A stretch of DNA of 64,000 bases from positions 176,886,001 through 176,950,000 of the forward strand of contig OX597816.1 of assembly GCA_951406725.2 (NCBI GenBank), written 5' to 3'. A model generated the notes under the pieces. That model saw nothing but the letters and a program-made list of their open reading frames with translations, was not told where the DNA came from and ran no database searches. A program made the translations under genes and the position numbers. Below, one piece after another: positions 12,174 through 23,490 of this stretch; position 1 is the stretch's first letter; each line of letters starts with the position of its first letter. The stretch comes from Octopus vulgaris. Its lineage: Eukaryota.

Positions 12174-12790
12174 GTAATTATTTCCATATCAAAAGTTTTT
12201 TTTAAAATATCTTTGATTGGTTTATAAATGTTCGTATTTCATGTCGTATTTGAAATATGCTTCATTTTACTTGATGTAAATAATTTTCTTTCTTGATTAA
12301 CCCAGCCATATCTGGCCTAAATATTCTATCTGATTTATGTTGAAACTGGGCATATCTTGTCTCTCACACCTACCCTATGATGTCATTTTAAAAATAAAGA
12401 ATCATAGAAATCTTGAAGCTATGGAATAATGTATGATTAATTCAGTACAATGTGAATAAATAGGTATTACATTTGACTAACTGAGTAATCTGAATGCTAA
12501 AGGGTTAAACAGTCATCCTCATCATCGTTTAACGTCCATTTTCCATGCTGGCATGGGTTGGACAGTTTGACTGAGGTCTGGAAAGCCAGCAGCTGCTCCA
12601 GGCTCCAATCTGATCTGGCAATGTTTCTACAGCTGGATATCCTTACTAATGCCAACCACTCCGAGAGTGTATCGGTGCTTTATACATGCCACTGGCATGG
12701 AAACCAGTCAGGCGGCCCTGGCATCGATCACATTATTAAAAGCTCTGAATGAATACTTGAATGGTGCTTTGAATGGTAAATGCCTTTGGA

Positions 12791-12942
12791 AATTTTGTTG
12801 TGTCTTGGGAGAGTCGTTATGCCAATATTAATAATACCTGCACTAGTTCAATTCCAATCCTTTGATATTAACCAACTGGAATTGAACTAGTGCATGTGTT
12901 ATTAATATTGGCATAACGACTCTCCCAAGACACAACAAAATT
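12791..12942. repeat. Near-perfect ~66-bp inverted repeat with a ~20-nt loop
   Basis: AATTTTGTTGTGTCTTGGGAGAGTCGTTATGCC...TTCCA and its reverse complement, with two mismatches. Confidence 0.93.
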
Positions 12943-13157
12943 GTTTACAATTCATGAATTCCTATAATCGTGCAAACCAGATACAAAAACGTTTTACAAG
13001 ATTATTTGTTGTATTCATATTGGCTGTGGGGAAGAACTCTACCATCAATATTACATTAGTTTCACTGAACATAGCTTTAACAGTTTGCTTCACTCTCACA
13101 ACTACTACTACTACTGCCAATGCCCATCCGTGGACAGTTGTGTAATATACAACACCT

Positions 13158-13437
13158 GGAAGCACTCCGTCAGTTCCGACGATGAGGGTTCCGGTTGATC
13201 CGAATCAACGGAACAGCCTGCTCGTGAAATTAACGTGTAAGTGGCTGAGCACTCCACAGACACGTGTACCCTTAACGTAGTTCTCGGGGATATTCAGCGT
13301 GACACAGAGAGTGACAAGGCCGTCCCTTTGAAATACAGGTACAACAGAAACAGGAAGTAAGAGTGAGAGAAAGTTGTGGTGAAAGAGTACAGCAGGGATC
13401 ACCACCATCCCCTGCCGGAGCCTCGTGGAGCTTTTAG
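13158..13437 (-). mobile_element. SINE family B, head missing
   Basis: Body and tail match the other copies; abuts a different SINE head-to-head. Confidence 0.85.
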
Positions 13438-13443
13438 GTATGT

Positions 13444-13782
13444 GGAAGGTGCATGGCTCAGTGGTTAGAGGGTTGGGATTACAATCATGAGGTAGTGAGT
13501 TTGATTCCTGGACCAGGCTATGTGTTGTGTTCTTGAGCAAGACACTTTATTTCATGTTGCTCCAGTCCACTCAGCTGTAGAAATGAGTTGCAACGTAACT
13601 AGTGCCAAGCTGTATTGGCCCCTTTGCCTTTCCCTTGGATAACATTGGTAGTGTGGAGAGTGGGGCTGGTATGCATGGGCAACTGCTGTTCTTCTATAAA
13701 CAACTTTGCCCAGGCTTGTGCCTTGGAGGGGAACTTTCTACACGCGATCCCATTGTCATTCATGACTGAAGCGGGTCTTTTG
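13444..13782 (+). mobile_element. Older tRNA-derived SINE family E
   Basis: TGGCTCAGTGGTTAGAG...GAGTTTGATTCC head followed by TTGTGTTCTTGAGCAAGACACTTTA; second copy at ~57418-57768. Confidence 0.8.
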
Positions 13783-14079
13783 TAGGTATGGTGAACTGGT
13801 TTTGGCAAATAGGAACACTCAATGCTATTTTAAGGATGACCTGAATAGAGCCTGTGTCATTGATATTAATCAAATCAGTAGGAAGCTACTGAGGAAGTTC
13901 TCTGGAGATTGGTAACCTGGTAGAAGCAGAAAGGTTTCTTTTCTGTTAGACTGAAAATTTACACACTATTTATTAATCTCGTAAAGTATTGAGCCAGATT
14001 AATAAATAGTGTGTAAAAAACATCAAAACAATATTTCAGGTTTTCTAATATTATATATTGGTTTCAAATTTTTGCACAA

Positions 14080-14244
14080 GGCGCAGGAGTGGCTGTGTGG
14101 TAAGTAGCTTGCTAACCAACCACATGGTTCCGGGTTCAGTCCCACTGCGTGGCATCTTGGGCAAGTGTTTTCTGCTATAGCCCCGGGCCAACCAATGCCT
14201 TGTGAGTGGATTTGGTAGATGGAAACTGAAAGAAGCCTGTCGTA

Positions 14245-14292
<48 letters not shown>

Positions 14293-14496
14293 TGTGTGTC
14301 TGTGTTTTTCTCCCTACCATTGCTTGACAACCGATGCTGGTGTGTTTACGTCCCCGTCACTTAGCGGTTTGGCAAAAGAGACCGATAAAATAAGTACTGG
14401 GCTTATAAAGAATAAGTCCTGGGGTCGATTTGCTCGACCAAAGGCGGTGCTCCAGCATGGCCGCAATCAAATGACTGAAACAAATAAAAGAGTAAA
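14080..14496 (+). mobile_element. SINE family A (inside the local duplication)
   Basis: Full copy; counterpart at 16504-16908. Confidence 0.9.
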
Positions 14497-14771
14497 GCAA
14501 GGGTGGGGGTAAGTCAGTTACTGTTCGGCTGGTACTTATTTTATTGACCCCGAAAGGATAGAAGGCAAAGTTGGCCTTAGTAGAATTTGAACTCAGAACA
14601 TAAAAGACAGACAAAATACCACTAAGCATTTTGCCCAGCACAGGGATAATTCTGCCAACTGGCTGCCTTTTTGTAATATTGGATATTGATGAATACTAAA
14701 TGAATTTATTTGAAACAATTCGTGATACCAATGAAAATTTTAAATTATTATTATCATTATCCCTTTTGTAG

Positions 14772-14844
14772 GGCTCTTTTGAACTGTATGGTGCTGATTT
14801 CATGTTGAGTGATGATTACATTCCATGGTTAATAGAAATTAATT
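14772..14844 (+). pseudogene. Truncated duplicate of TTLL3 exon 17185-17332 within an ~820-bp local duplication
   Basis: 14020-14844 is near-identical to 16441-17257; the copy reads [24 protein letters not shown] and then diverges. Confidence 0.85.
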
Positions 14845-14894
14845 ACAGTATAATTGGTAGAGCGCCTTGCAATTTGAGCAACTATCTCTTTCTC

Positions 14895-15290
14895 TTTCTC
14901 TTTTACTTGTTTCAGTCATTTGACTGCAGCCATGCTGGAGCACCGCCTTTAGTCGAGCAAATCGACCCCGGAACTTATTCTTTGTAAGCCCAGTACTTAT
15001 TCTATCGGTCTCTTATGCCGAACCGCTAAGCGACGGGGACGTAATCACACCAGCATCGGTTGTCAAGCAATGCTAGGGGGACAAACACAGACACACCCCC
15101 CCCCCCCCCGCATACATATATACATATATACGACAGGCTTCTTTCAGTTTCTGTCTACCAAATCCACTCACAAGGCATTGGTCGGCCCGGGGCTATAGCA
15201 GAAGACACTTGCCCAAGATGCCACGCAGTGGGACTGAACCCGGAACCATGTGGTTGGTTAGCAAGCTACTTACCACACAGCCACTCCTGC
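14895..15290 (-). mobile_element. SINE family A
   Basis: Reverse-orientation copy with an internal poly-C variant. Confidence 0.9.
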
Positions 15291-15524
15291 ACCTCTTTAT
15301 CTTTTCTGTTCAAATCCCATCAGAGTTCATCTTGCCTTTCATCTTTATTGTCAACTACGGATAATTTAAAATCAATTTTAAAATAGAATTCTTAAAGTCC
15401 TAACATAAAAGAATAATACAAATGGAGAAAAAAAATAACCTTTTCGACAGTTAAAAAATGTATAAACTATGTTGCTACACTGAGTAAGTTGCCTTCCAGA
15501 TATATTCATCCTAATCTGTTTTAG

Positions 15525-15630
15525 AATGCAGTCCAGCTCTGACTTGTGGGAAGAGTCAATTTATCCAAAAATAAAGAAAGCAATAATCTGCTCAGTAATT
15601 GTATCTCAGGAACTAGTTGAATCCAGAAAG
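15525..15630 (+). CDS. TTLL3: TTLL3/8-like internal exon
   Basis: ttttag| ... aag|gtatgc; phase 2 in, phase 0 out; MQSSSDLWEESIYPKIKKAIICSVIVSQELVESRK. Confidence 0.9.
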
Positions 15631-15837
15631 GTATGCCAAACTTTTGCTTTTGTACTTCGAATTCAGTTATTTGTATGTATTTGTGTGTTCAGTTTATATA
15701 GCCTTATTTATATAAATAAGGCTATATTTATATAAATAAGGCTATGTATATAACACTATTTTAGGAAATATAAATATAATTATCAGAATATTATTATAGT
15801 TCTCTATTTAGATCATTAAGCTAATCATTGGTGCTTA

Positions 15838-16242
15838 CTCGTTTACTCGTTTACTTGTTTCAGTCATTTGACTGCGGCCATGCTGGAGCACCGCCTTTAA
15901 TGGGGCAAATCGACCCCGGGACTTATTCTTTGTAAGCCCAGTACTTATTCTATCGGTCTCTTTTGCCGAACCGCTAAGTGACGGGGGACGTAAACACACC
16001 AGCATCGGTTGTCAAGCAATGCTAGGGGGACAAACACAGACACACAAACATCCCCCCCGCATACATATATACATATATACGATGGGCTTCTTTCAGTTTC
16101 CGTCTACCAAATCCACTCACAAGGCATTGGTCGGCCCGAGGCTATAGCAGAAGACACTTGCCCAAGATGCCACGCAGTAGGACTGAACCCGGAACCATGT
16201 GGTTGGTTAGCAAGCTACTTACCACACAGCCACTCCTGCGCC
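15838..16242 (-). mobile_element. SINE family A
   Basis: Reverse-orientation copy with an internal poly-C variant. Confidence 0.9.
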
Positions 16243-16503
16243 TATAAATTTTTTTTTTTTTTTTTTTGTGTGATAAAAATTATGCAAGTTGAAATTGAAT
16301 GACTTTTCAGTTGGTTGAATGTCTGACTGTTTCACTAATTTCTTCTTTTGAAAATTCCTCAGCTGAGCCACAACATTTTTTTTTTCTGTTTTTTTTTTTT
16401 TTTTTTCAGCTAGCATTAAACTAAAACTCAGTTTCTGTAGACATCAAAACAATATTTCAGAAGGTTTTCTAATATTATATATTGGTTTCAAATTTTTGCA
16501 CAA

Positions 16504-16908
16504 GGCGCAGGAGTGGCTGTGTGGTAAGTAGCTTGCTAACCAACCACATGGTTCCGGGTTCAGTCCCACTGCGTGGCATCTTGGGCAAGTGTTTTCTGCT
16601 ATAGCTCCGGGCCGACCAATGCCTTGTGAGTGGATTTGGTAGACGGAAACTGAAAGAAGCCCATCGTATATATGTATATATGTATGCGGGGGGGGGTGGA
16701 TGTTTGTGTGTCTGTGTTTGTCCCCCTACCATTGCTTGACAACCGATGCTGGTGTGATTACGTCCCCGTCACTTAGCGGTTCGGCATAAGAGACCGATTG
16801 AATAAGTACTGGGCTTACAAAGAATAAGTCCCGCGGTCGATTTGCTCGACTAAAGGCGGTGCTCCAGCATGGCCGCAATCAAATGACTGAAACAAATAAA
16901 AGAGTAAA
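16504..16908 (+). mobile_element. SINE family A
   Basis: Forward copy with an internal poly-G variant. Confidence 0.9.
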
Positions 16909-17184
16909 GCAAGGGTGGGGGTAAGTCAGTTACTGTTCGGCTGGTACTTATTTTATTGACCCCGAAAGGATAGAAGGCAAAGTTGGCCTTAGTAGAATTT
17001 GAACTCAGAACATAAAAGACAGACAAAATACCACTAAGCATTTTGCCCAGCACAGGGATAATTCTGCCAACTGGCTGCCTTTTTGTAATATTGGATATTG
17101 ATGAATACTAAATGAATTTATTTGAAACAATTCGTGATACCAATGAAAATTTTAAAATTATTATTATCATTATCCCTTTTGTAG

Positions 17185-17332
17185 GGCTCTTTTGAACTGT
17201 ATGGTGCTGATTTCATGTTGAGTGATGATTACATTCCATGGTTAATAGAAATTAATTCAAATCCTAGTATGCAGCATAGTACAGAAGTAACGTCAGTGTT
17301 ATGTTGTAAAGTATTAGAAGATACACTTAAAG
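17185..17332 (+). CDS. TTLL3: TTLL3/8-like internal exon with catalytic ExN motif
   Basis: ttttgtag| ... g|gtaaga; [49 protein letters not shown] (FELYGADF and PWLIEIN motifs). Confidence 0.95.
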
Positions 17333-17689
17333 GTAAGAATTTGTCTATTGTCTGTAGATTACTCAATTTACAATAATTGTATTAATATAATGTAGGAATA
17401 AACTTAATATCAAGTAGTTGAACATATTAAGAAGAAAATAATATAAATTAATGATATGCTTAGATGGCTAATAAAAGAGATATCAATTATCGTATTCTGC
17501 ATCTTGTTGGGATGTACGTTGAAATCTTCTTTGTCACATTCATTCTCAATTAGAAATTTCTGATTTTTAACTTAGCAAGAACTGTGCTTGATGCTTGGCT
17601 GTGTTTTGATGGAAATCTTGTTGGTAATTGTAATATACTAGATAAAGTTATAGAAGCTTCCTATGTAGAGTACAGTTTCAAAACCTCTA

Positions 17690-18290
17690 GAAGCTGCAAT
17701 TTCACAAATGGTGTTCCACAAAGAGCCATCATTTTGCCCAATCTATTTAGTTTGTACTCATACAACCTGAGTACTCCTTCAAAAAACATACACTTACCAT
17801 CAGATAATAACATCACAATCACATTCTCATGCCATTTCATAGAAAAAAAATGCATTTTTACTCAAGCCTGACATTATCCACCTGGAAGTCTATGCTCTAA
17901 AGAGAGAGACCCAAATTAGCACTTTCCAAACCCATCAGATCTTTGTTTTTTACAAATAACATAAAAATATGTACACAGCCAATCAACCATTATGCTCAAC
18001 ATTGTCAACGTACTGCATACATGGAAGATAAAAATGCAAGCAATTACCCCCAACACCTCTTCAACATGTCACCATATTGGCACTTAAGAAACAAAATGAT
18101 ATTCAAACATACTTAGAACCCTCGTGAGTTCCACATTTGATTGAACTGAAAAAGAACGCAAATTCATAAATAATAAGATTCACCATGGATTATATTTATC
18201 CCTGTAATATACCTCAATCTCTCCACAACAAACTCTAATGGCCACAAAAAGCATTCTTTGCATCATCATAAGTTATCCACAAATGGATGG
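17690..18290 (+). mobile_element. Ancient LINE RT fragment
   Basis: NGVPQRAIILPNLFSLY resembles the RT GVPQGSxLxPxLFxLY motif; heavily decayed. Confidence 0.55.
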
Positions 18291-18292
18291 TT

Positions 18293-18676
18293 GGAAGCAC
18301 TCCGTCGGTTACGACGACGAGGGTTCCGGTTGATCCGAATCAACGGAACAGCCTGCTCGTGAAATTAACGTGTAAGTGGCTGAGCACTCCACAGACACGT
18401 GCACCCTTAACGTAGTTCTCGGGGATATTCAGCGTGACACAGAGAGTGACAGGGCCGGCCCTTTGAAGTACAGGTACAACAGAAACAGGAAGTATGAGTG
18501 AGAGAAAGTTGTGGTGAAAGCGTACAGCAGGGATCACCACCATCCCCTGCCGGAGCCTCGTGGAGCTTTAGGTGTTTTCGCTCAATAAACACTCACAACG
18601 CCCGGTCTGGGAATCGAAACCGCAATCCTACGACCGCGAGTCCGCTGCCCTAACCACTGGGCCATTTCGCCTCCAC
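18293..18676 (-). mobile_element. SINE family B
   Basis: Full copy with TSD TATCCACAAAT. Confidence 0.9.
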
Positions 18677-20820
18677 TATCCACAAATATATTTTGTATGG
18701 TCCAATTGCAAGTTATCCACAGAGGAAACAATAATACTAGGAATGAAAGACCTTCTAGATATAGTTTGTTATTCCAACTTGCTCTTTTCTTGCCAGTTCA
18801 TGTAAAACACTCTGTCAAAACAGCCGTACACATTTATAACAGCCCTAAACTCAAACAATACTATTACTTCCAGTCAGTCTAAACCAGTGATTCTCAAGCT
18901 GAGAAATACCAGGCCTCTACAAAAAATATTAGTGAAATATTCGACAGTATCCCTTCTGTGAGTCCAAAACAATACATCGATAATTTAGTACCTTTCATGT
19001 AAACTACAGAAGGAATAAAACCAACTAATTCATTATTGCCTTGTTTCTAACTATCATTTTCAATATTTCCTCGGTGAAGTAAGTAGTAAGTAGTGAATAT
19101 ATCTTGTGTACCATTTTGAATTTCGTTCCTCCTGATGGTTCCAGAGAAGTCAAATCTATTGACTCTGTGAATAGTTAACTTTCCTAAACCTCTTGCACTT
19201 TAGTATGTGAATTACTTTATCAAGTTTTCTTTTTGTGATTTAGGTCTTTAACTAATTAATTAGGTGCATGTGTTGTTTTATCAAAAGTCATACTATATCT
19301 AAAAGTGCATCCAAACCTTGACATCATTCTCGTCTGTTTTCTTTCTCTTTATCAATAGCTATTGAATCTCTAATATTTCCAAGCCTTATATTCTATCTGT
19401 TGCTAATATTAACTGACAAAAGTCTGCTATTAATGGAAAAGGTTTGCTGCTGTTGATATTTTAAATCTAACATATCGTAATTATTAAAAGTAGAATGTGA
19501 AAGTTTTTTATTTCAAGGTGAAAAAGCTGCATTCCTCCCCTACAGTATAAAGAATTCCATCCCCTGCACATGCTAGTACTCAGTCTCCAGTGTTCACTCT
19601 TAGAAGCTCCATATTCTTAGTATTTTCTAAAATTTCCTGGCATTGAAAATGCACTTAAACTCTGAGATTTGTTGACATGATGCAAAGCTTAAATGCACCC
19701 ATAATAGTTGAAGAGTTGAAGTGGCTGTCTGCTATTAAATACTAGTAACCGAGACCATTTTAAAGAGAAATTCAATTTGCTGATTAACAACTTTCAGATT
19801 ATGACTATTGCCCTGTGTTTGTCCTCATCCTACAATAGGTTTTATTTTACAAATCTTCATTTCTCTTTCTCAAAACTATTTGTTGTAACTTTGATATTGC
19901 TTCTTCTGAAACTTGCCTTTTCCCTGAAATCCTGCCCCAATTGATACATTATGTCCTTAATTCTAAGAACCACTTCATTGTTAAATTTCATTACTCCATT
20001 GTATCCTGCAACACTGTAGCCATCCCCTTTCAAATTATCAATCTGGTATTTATTTTCTATCCATTCTGAACTGAAAGATGTCTCAGAATATGAAATCCCT
20101 CTTGTTCTCTCTATTTAGTAAAAAAGTAAAAGCTTGAAGATAAGAGAAAAAAAAAATGTTCTTTAAAAGTAAAGTTGAACTGTTATATGCAAAACCGAAG
20201 ATCATTAAGGAATTTCACTGATTGTTAGCTTGATCAAGCAAAGTGATTGGAAAAGACATTTCAGCTATGACCATTCCATCTTTTATTCAATTATTGTGTA
20301 TCTAGGACTTCATTAGCTAATGCACCAACCTTCTATATTTGAGTGAGGTTTATCTATTTCTAGCAAGTTAGTCAACTGTGTAGAGCCCCTTTATATTGTT
20401 GTAAAGCCAAATCAAAACTAACTCACATGGGGTTAAATTATCTTTTACAATCATTAGTGCTATATTTTTTTTCACAGACATAGGTTGGGTGGCTTTTTAC
20501 AACAGCATGTTTCCTTTTACTGTGACCTTCTGTTGTCTTAACTCTGAATACAAGAAACAAAATCTTTCCAGGCACATTTGCTGTAAGATTAAGAGGTGGA
20601 GCACTTAAAGCTTTAAAATATAACATTGTACAGATTTAATTTATGTAAGTGACACTAAAGTAGTCATCAGAATGAATAATCGCTAGAATTTCACTTTTCA
20701 CAATTATTAAAATTAAAAGAGCTGACTTCACTTTTATAATTAAAAGATCTATAAAACACTTGTTATTTGGAGACAATCTTGATTAATTATATATATATAT
20801 ATATCTTTTAATCATTTCAG

Positions 20821-21509
20821 TTGTTCTTGATCGAAAATATAACAAATGTTGTGATACAGGAAGTTTTGAGCTGGGTTACAAACAGAGTGTAATAAGTTGT
20901 CCTCTGTATCTTTGCTTAAACATGTCTATTGAAGGCCAAAGAATAAAGACCCCAACTTCAGTTGGGAAACAAATTTTGAGAAGTCCATCAGTAAGAAGTC
21001 CATCTGTAAGAAGTGCATTAGTAAGATGTTCATCCGTAAATAGCAAATTTAAAAAAGGAAATGAGTCGATGCCAAAAGATATGGATCGAATCTCAGGCTC
21101 ATTAAAATATAGAAAAAACACAAAAAGTGTCAATTCAAATTGCCAGTTTTTGAATGATATGAATGCTGTAATGAATATTAATAGAAGCAAAATATGTAAA
21201 CCCAAAGCTTGTTTTGGAAAATTTCGAACTATTAGACCAAAGGAAGAAAATGGAGATCAGTCACTACTTGTAAGTACGAGTTTTGGAGAGAGACAGTTTA
21301 GATCACGAAATAGTAAAAATATACTTCTTACTCAACGAAACAGAAGGAGTCCAGAAATCAAATCTTTTAAGCAACAGAATCATAAACTGTCTCTTACTGA
21401 ATGTAGGAGTTCCAAAGAAGCTTTCAAGGCTCATGTACGTAAAACTTTAGTTCCTAACATTGCTCACATAATATTTCCAATGATCTCTAGAATTTCTGCA
21501 TTGAAATAA
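20821..21509 (+). CDS. TTLL3: TTLL3/8-like probable terminal coding exon with basic, Ser/Arg-rich tail
   Basis: tttcag| acceptor, phase 1; VVLDRKYNKCCDTGSFELGYKQ matches the conserved VVxDR..CDTGxFELxYKQ block; in frame with ORF 20922-21509; AATAAA at about 21815 and 21968. Confidence 0.85.
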
Positions 21510-22313
21510 AATGCAGAGTATAGTTCACAAAAACTGGTGATTTGACTTATTTCTGGAGCTAATTTCATTAAACCAAGGAAATTATTTCTGGTTGAAGTAA
21601 TTTCTTATTAAAAAGTTGCTTCAACAATTGATAAATTTCTGAACTAAGAAATAATGTACTTGAAACATTGGAAAATAATGAAAAATTGAACTATTTTAAG
21701 TATTGTAAAAAAAAGTCCATCTTTTGACAATTGATCAGTTAATCAAAACTTTCTGTGACAAATTCAGTTTTTGCTGTTAAAAGCATTCAGATTAAACTTG
21801 AGCATTTTTGAGCAAATAAATACTTACCATACTCATTATATTTCCATATTTTGATAATGCTTTTTTGCTTTTTATGTTTTCGTTATGTGAAAGAATGAAA
21901 CTATGCTTTAGAAATTCTTGAAGGATTTATATTTTCTGTCAGCAAGAAGTTTGATTTCATGATTTCTAATAAAAGATTTTACAAGTAATTTTCTTGATTA
22001 CATATTTTCAAAATTGTTCATTTAAACATATCATTAGTTTCTTCTGGTACAAAAAAATCATGGGGCATACAATTTTAATGTTGGTATGCAGGAGGAAATT
22101 CTAATATTTAATATTTAATATTTCAAGTTTTAATTAATTTTCATTAACAAATTGGTATTTTATACTTGTATCAACAGCAAAAACATACTAATAAATCTTT
22201 TCCTACTTTTTTAATTTCCACAAATGTTTATTTATTCTGTTTGTTCTTTATATCACAAATGAGGAATTCTGAATTCTGAAGAAATACAATCACATTAGGT
22301 AGAAATTAGATTC

Positions 22314-22510
22314 TTTTTACTCTCTTTTACTTGTTTCAGTCATTTGACTGTGGCCATGCTGGAGCACCACCTTTAATCGAGCAACTCGACCCCGGGACTT
22401 ATTCTTTTTATAAGACCAGTACTTATTCTATCGGTCTCTTTTGCCGAACCGCTAAGTAACGGGGACATAAACACACCAGCATCGGTTGTCAAGCAATGCT
22501 AGGGGAACAA

Positions 22511-22541
<31 letters not shown>

Positions 22542-22712
22542 CATATATACGACGGGCTTCTTTCAGTTTCCGTCTACCAAATCCACTCACAAGGCATTGG
22601 TCGGCCCGGGGCTATAGCAGAAGACACTTGCCCAAGATGCCCCGCAGTGGGATTGAACCCGGAACCATGTGGTTGGTAAGCAAGCTACTTACCACACAGC
22701 CACTCCTGCGCC
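22314..22712 (-). mobile_element. SINE family A
   Basis: Full reverse copy. Confidence 0.9.
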
Positions 22713-23149
22713 TATTATAGGTTTTTTTTTTGTTTTTTAATATGTTAGTCTGTAAAGGAGAAGCTCTATCCATATCCTGGACCAAAGGATTGGATTAACT
22801 GCATTTGAGTACATGTATGGCTGTGTGGTTTAGAAGTTCACTTTGCAGTTACGTGTTTTGAGATTTAATCTCATTGCACTGTACTTAGTATCTTCTATGA
22901 TAAGCCTTGAGTGAAATTTGGGAGATAGAAACTGTGCATATGTCTATCGGCAGGACTACACTTGTTCTTGGGCAAAAGAATTAATCTCTCTCCTGGTTAA
23001 ATGCTATCACTTGACCCTTGGTTGTCTTCATTGAAATATGTTCTGTTGCATTGGGTCTGTTCTCTCATCTCAGGTTGACTGTCCCCCCACTCCCCAACAA
23101 TTTCAGTGGTTCTGAGAAGAGATATGGAGGCTGCCTTTCCTCTTTTTTT

Positions 23150-23490
23150 ACTTTTTCTTTTTACTTGCTTCAGTCATTTGACTGCGGCCGTGCTGGAGCA
23201 CTGCCTTTAGTCGAAGAAATCGACCCCAGGACTTATTCTTTGTAAGACTAGTACTTATTCCAACAGGCCTTTTTGCCAAACCGCTAAGTTATGGGGACAT
23301 AAACACACCAGCATCTATTGTCAAGTGATGTTGGAGTACAAACACAGACACACAAACATGTACACACACACACATATACGATGGGCTTCTTTCAGTTTCT
23401 GGTCAACCCGAGGCTATAGTAGAAGACACTTGCCCAAAGTATCACACAGTGGGACTGAACCCGGAACCATGTGGCTGGTAAGCAAGCTAC
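23150..23490 (-). mobile_element. SINE family A lacking its first ~24 nt (interrupted by a Tx1-like LINE)
   Basis: The SINE sequence begins on - at GTAGCTTGCTTACC, directly after the LINE 3' end. Confidence 0.85.
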
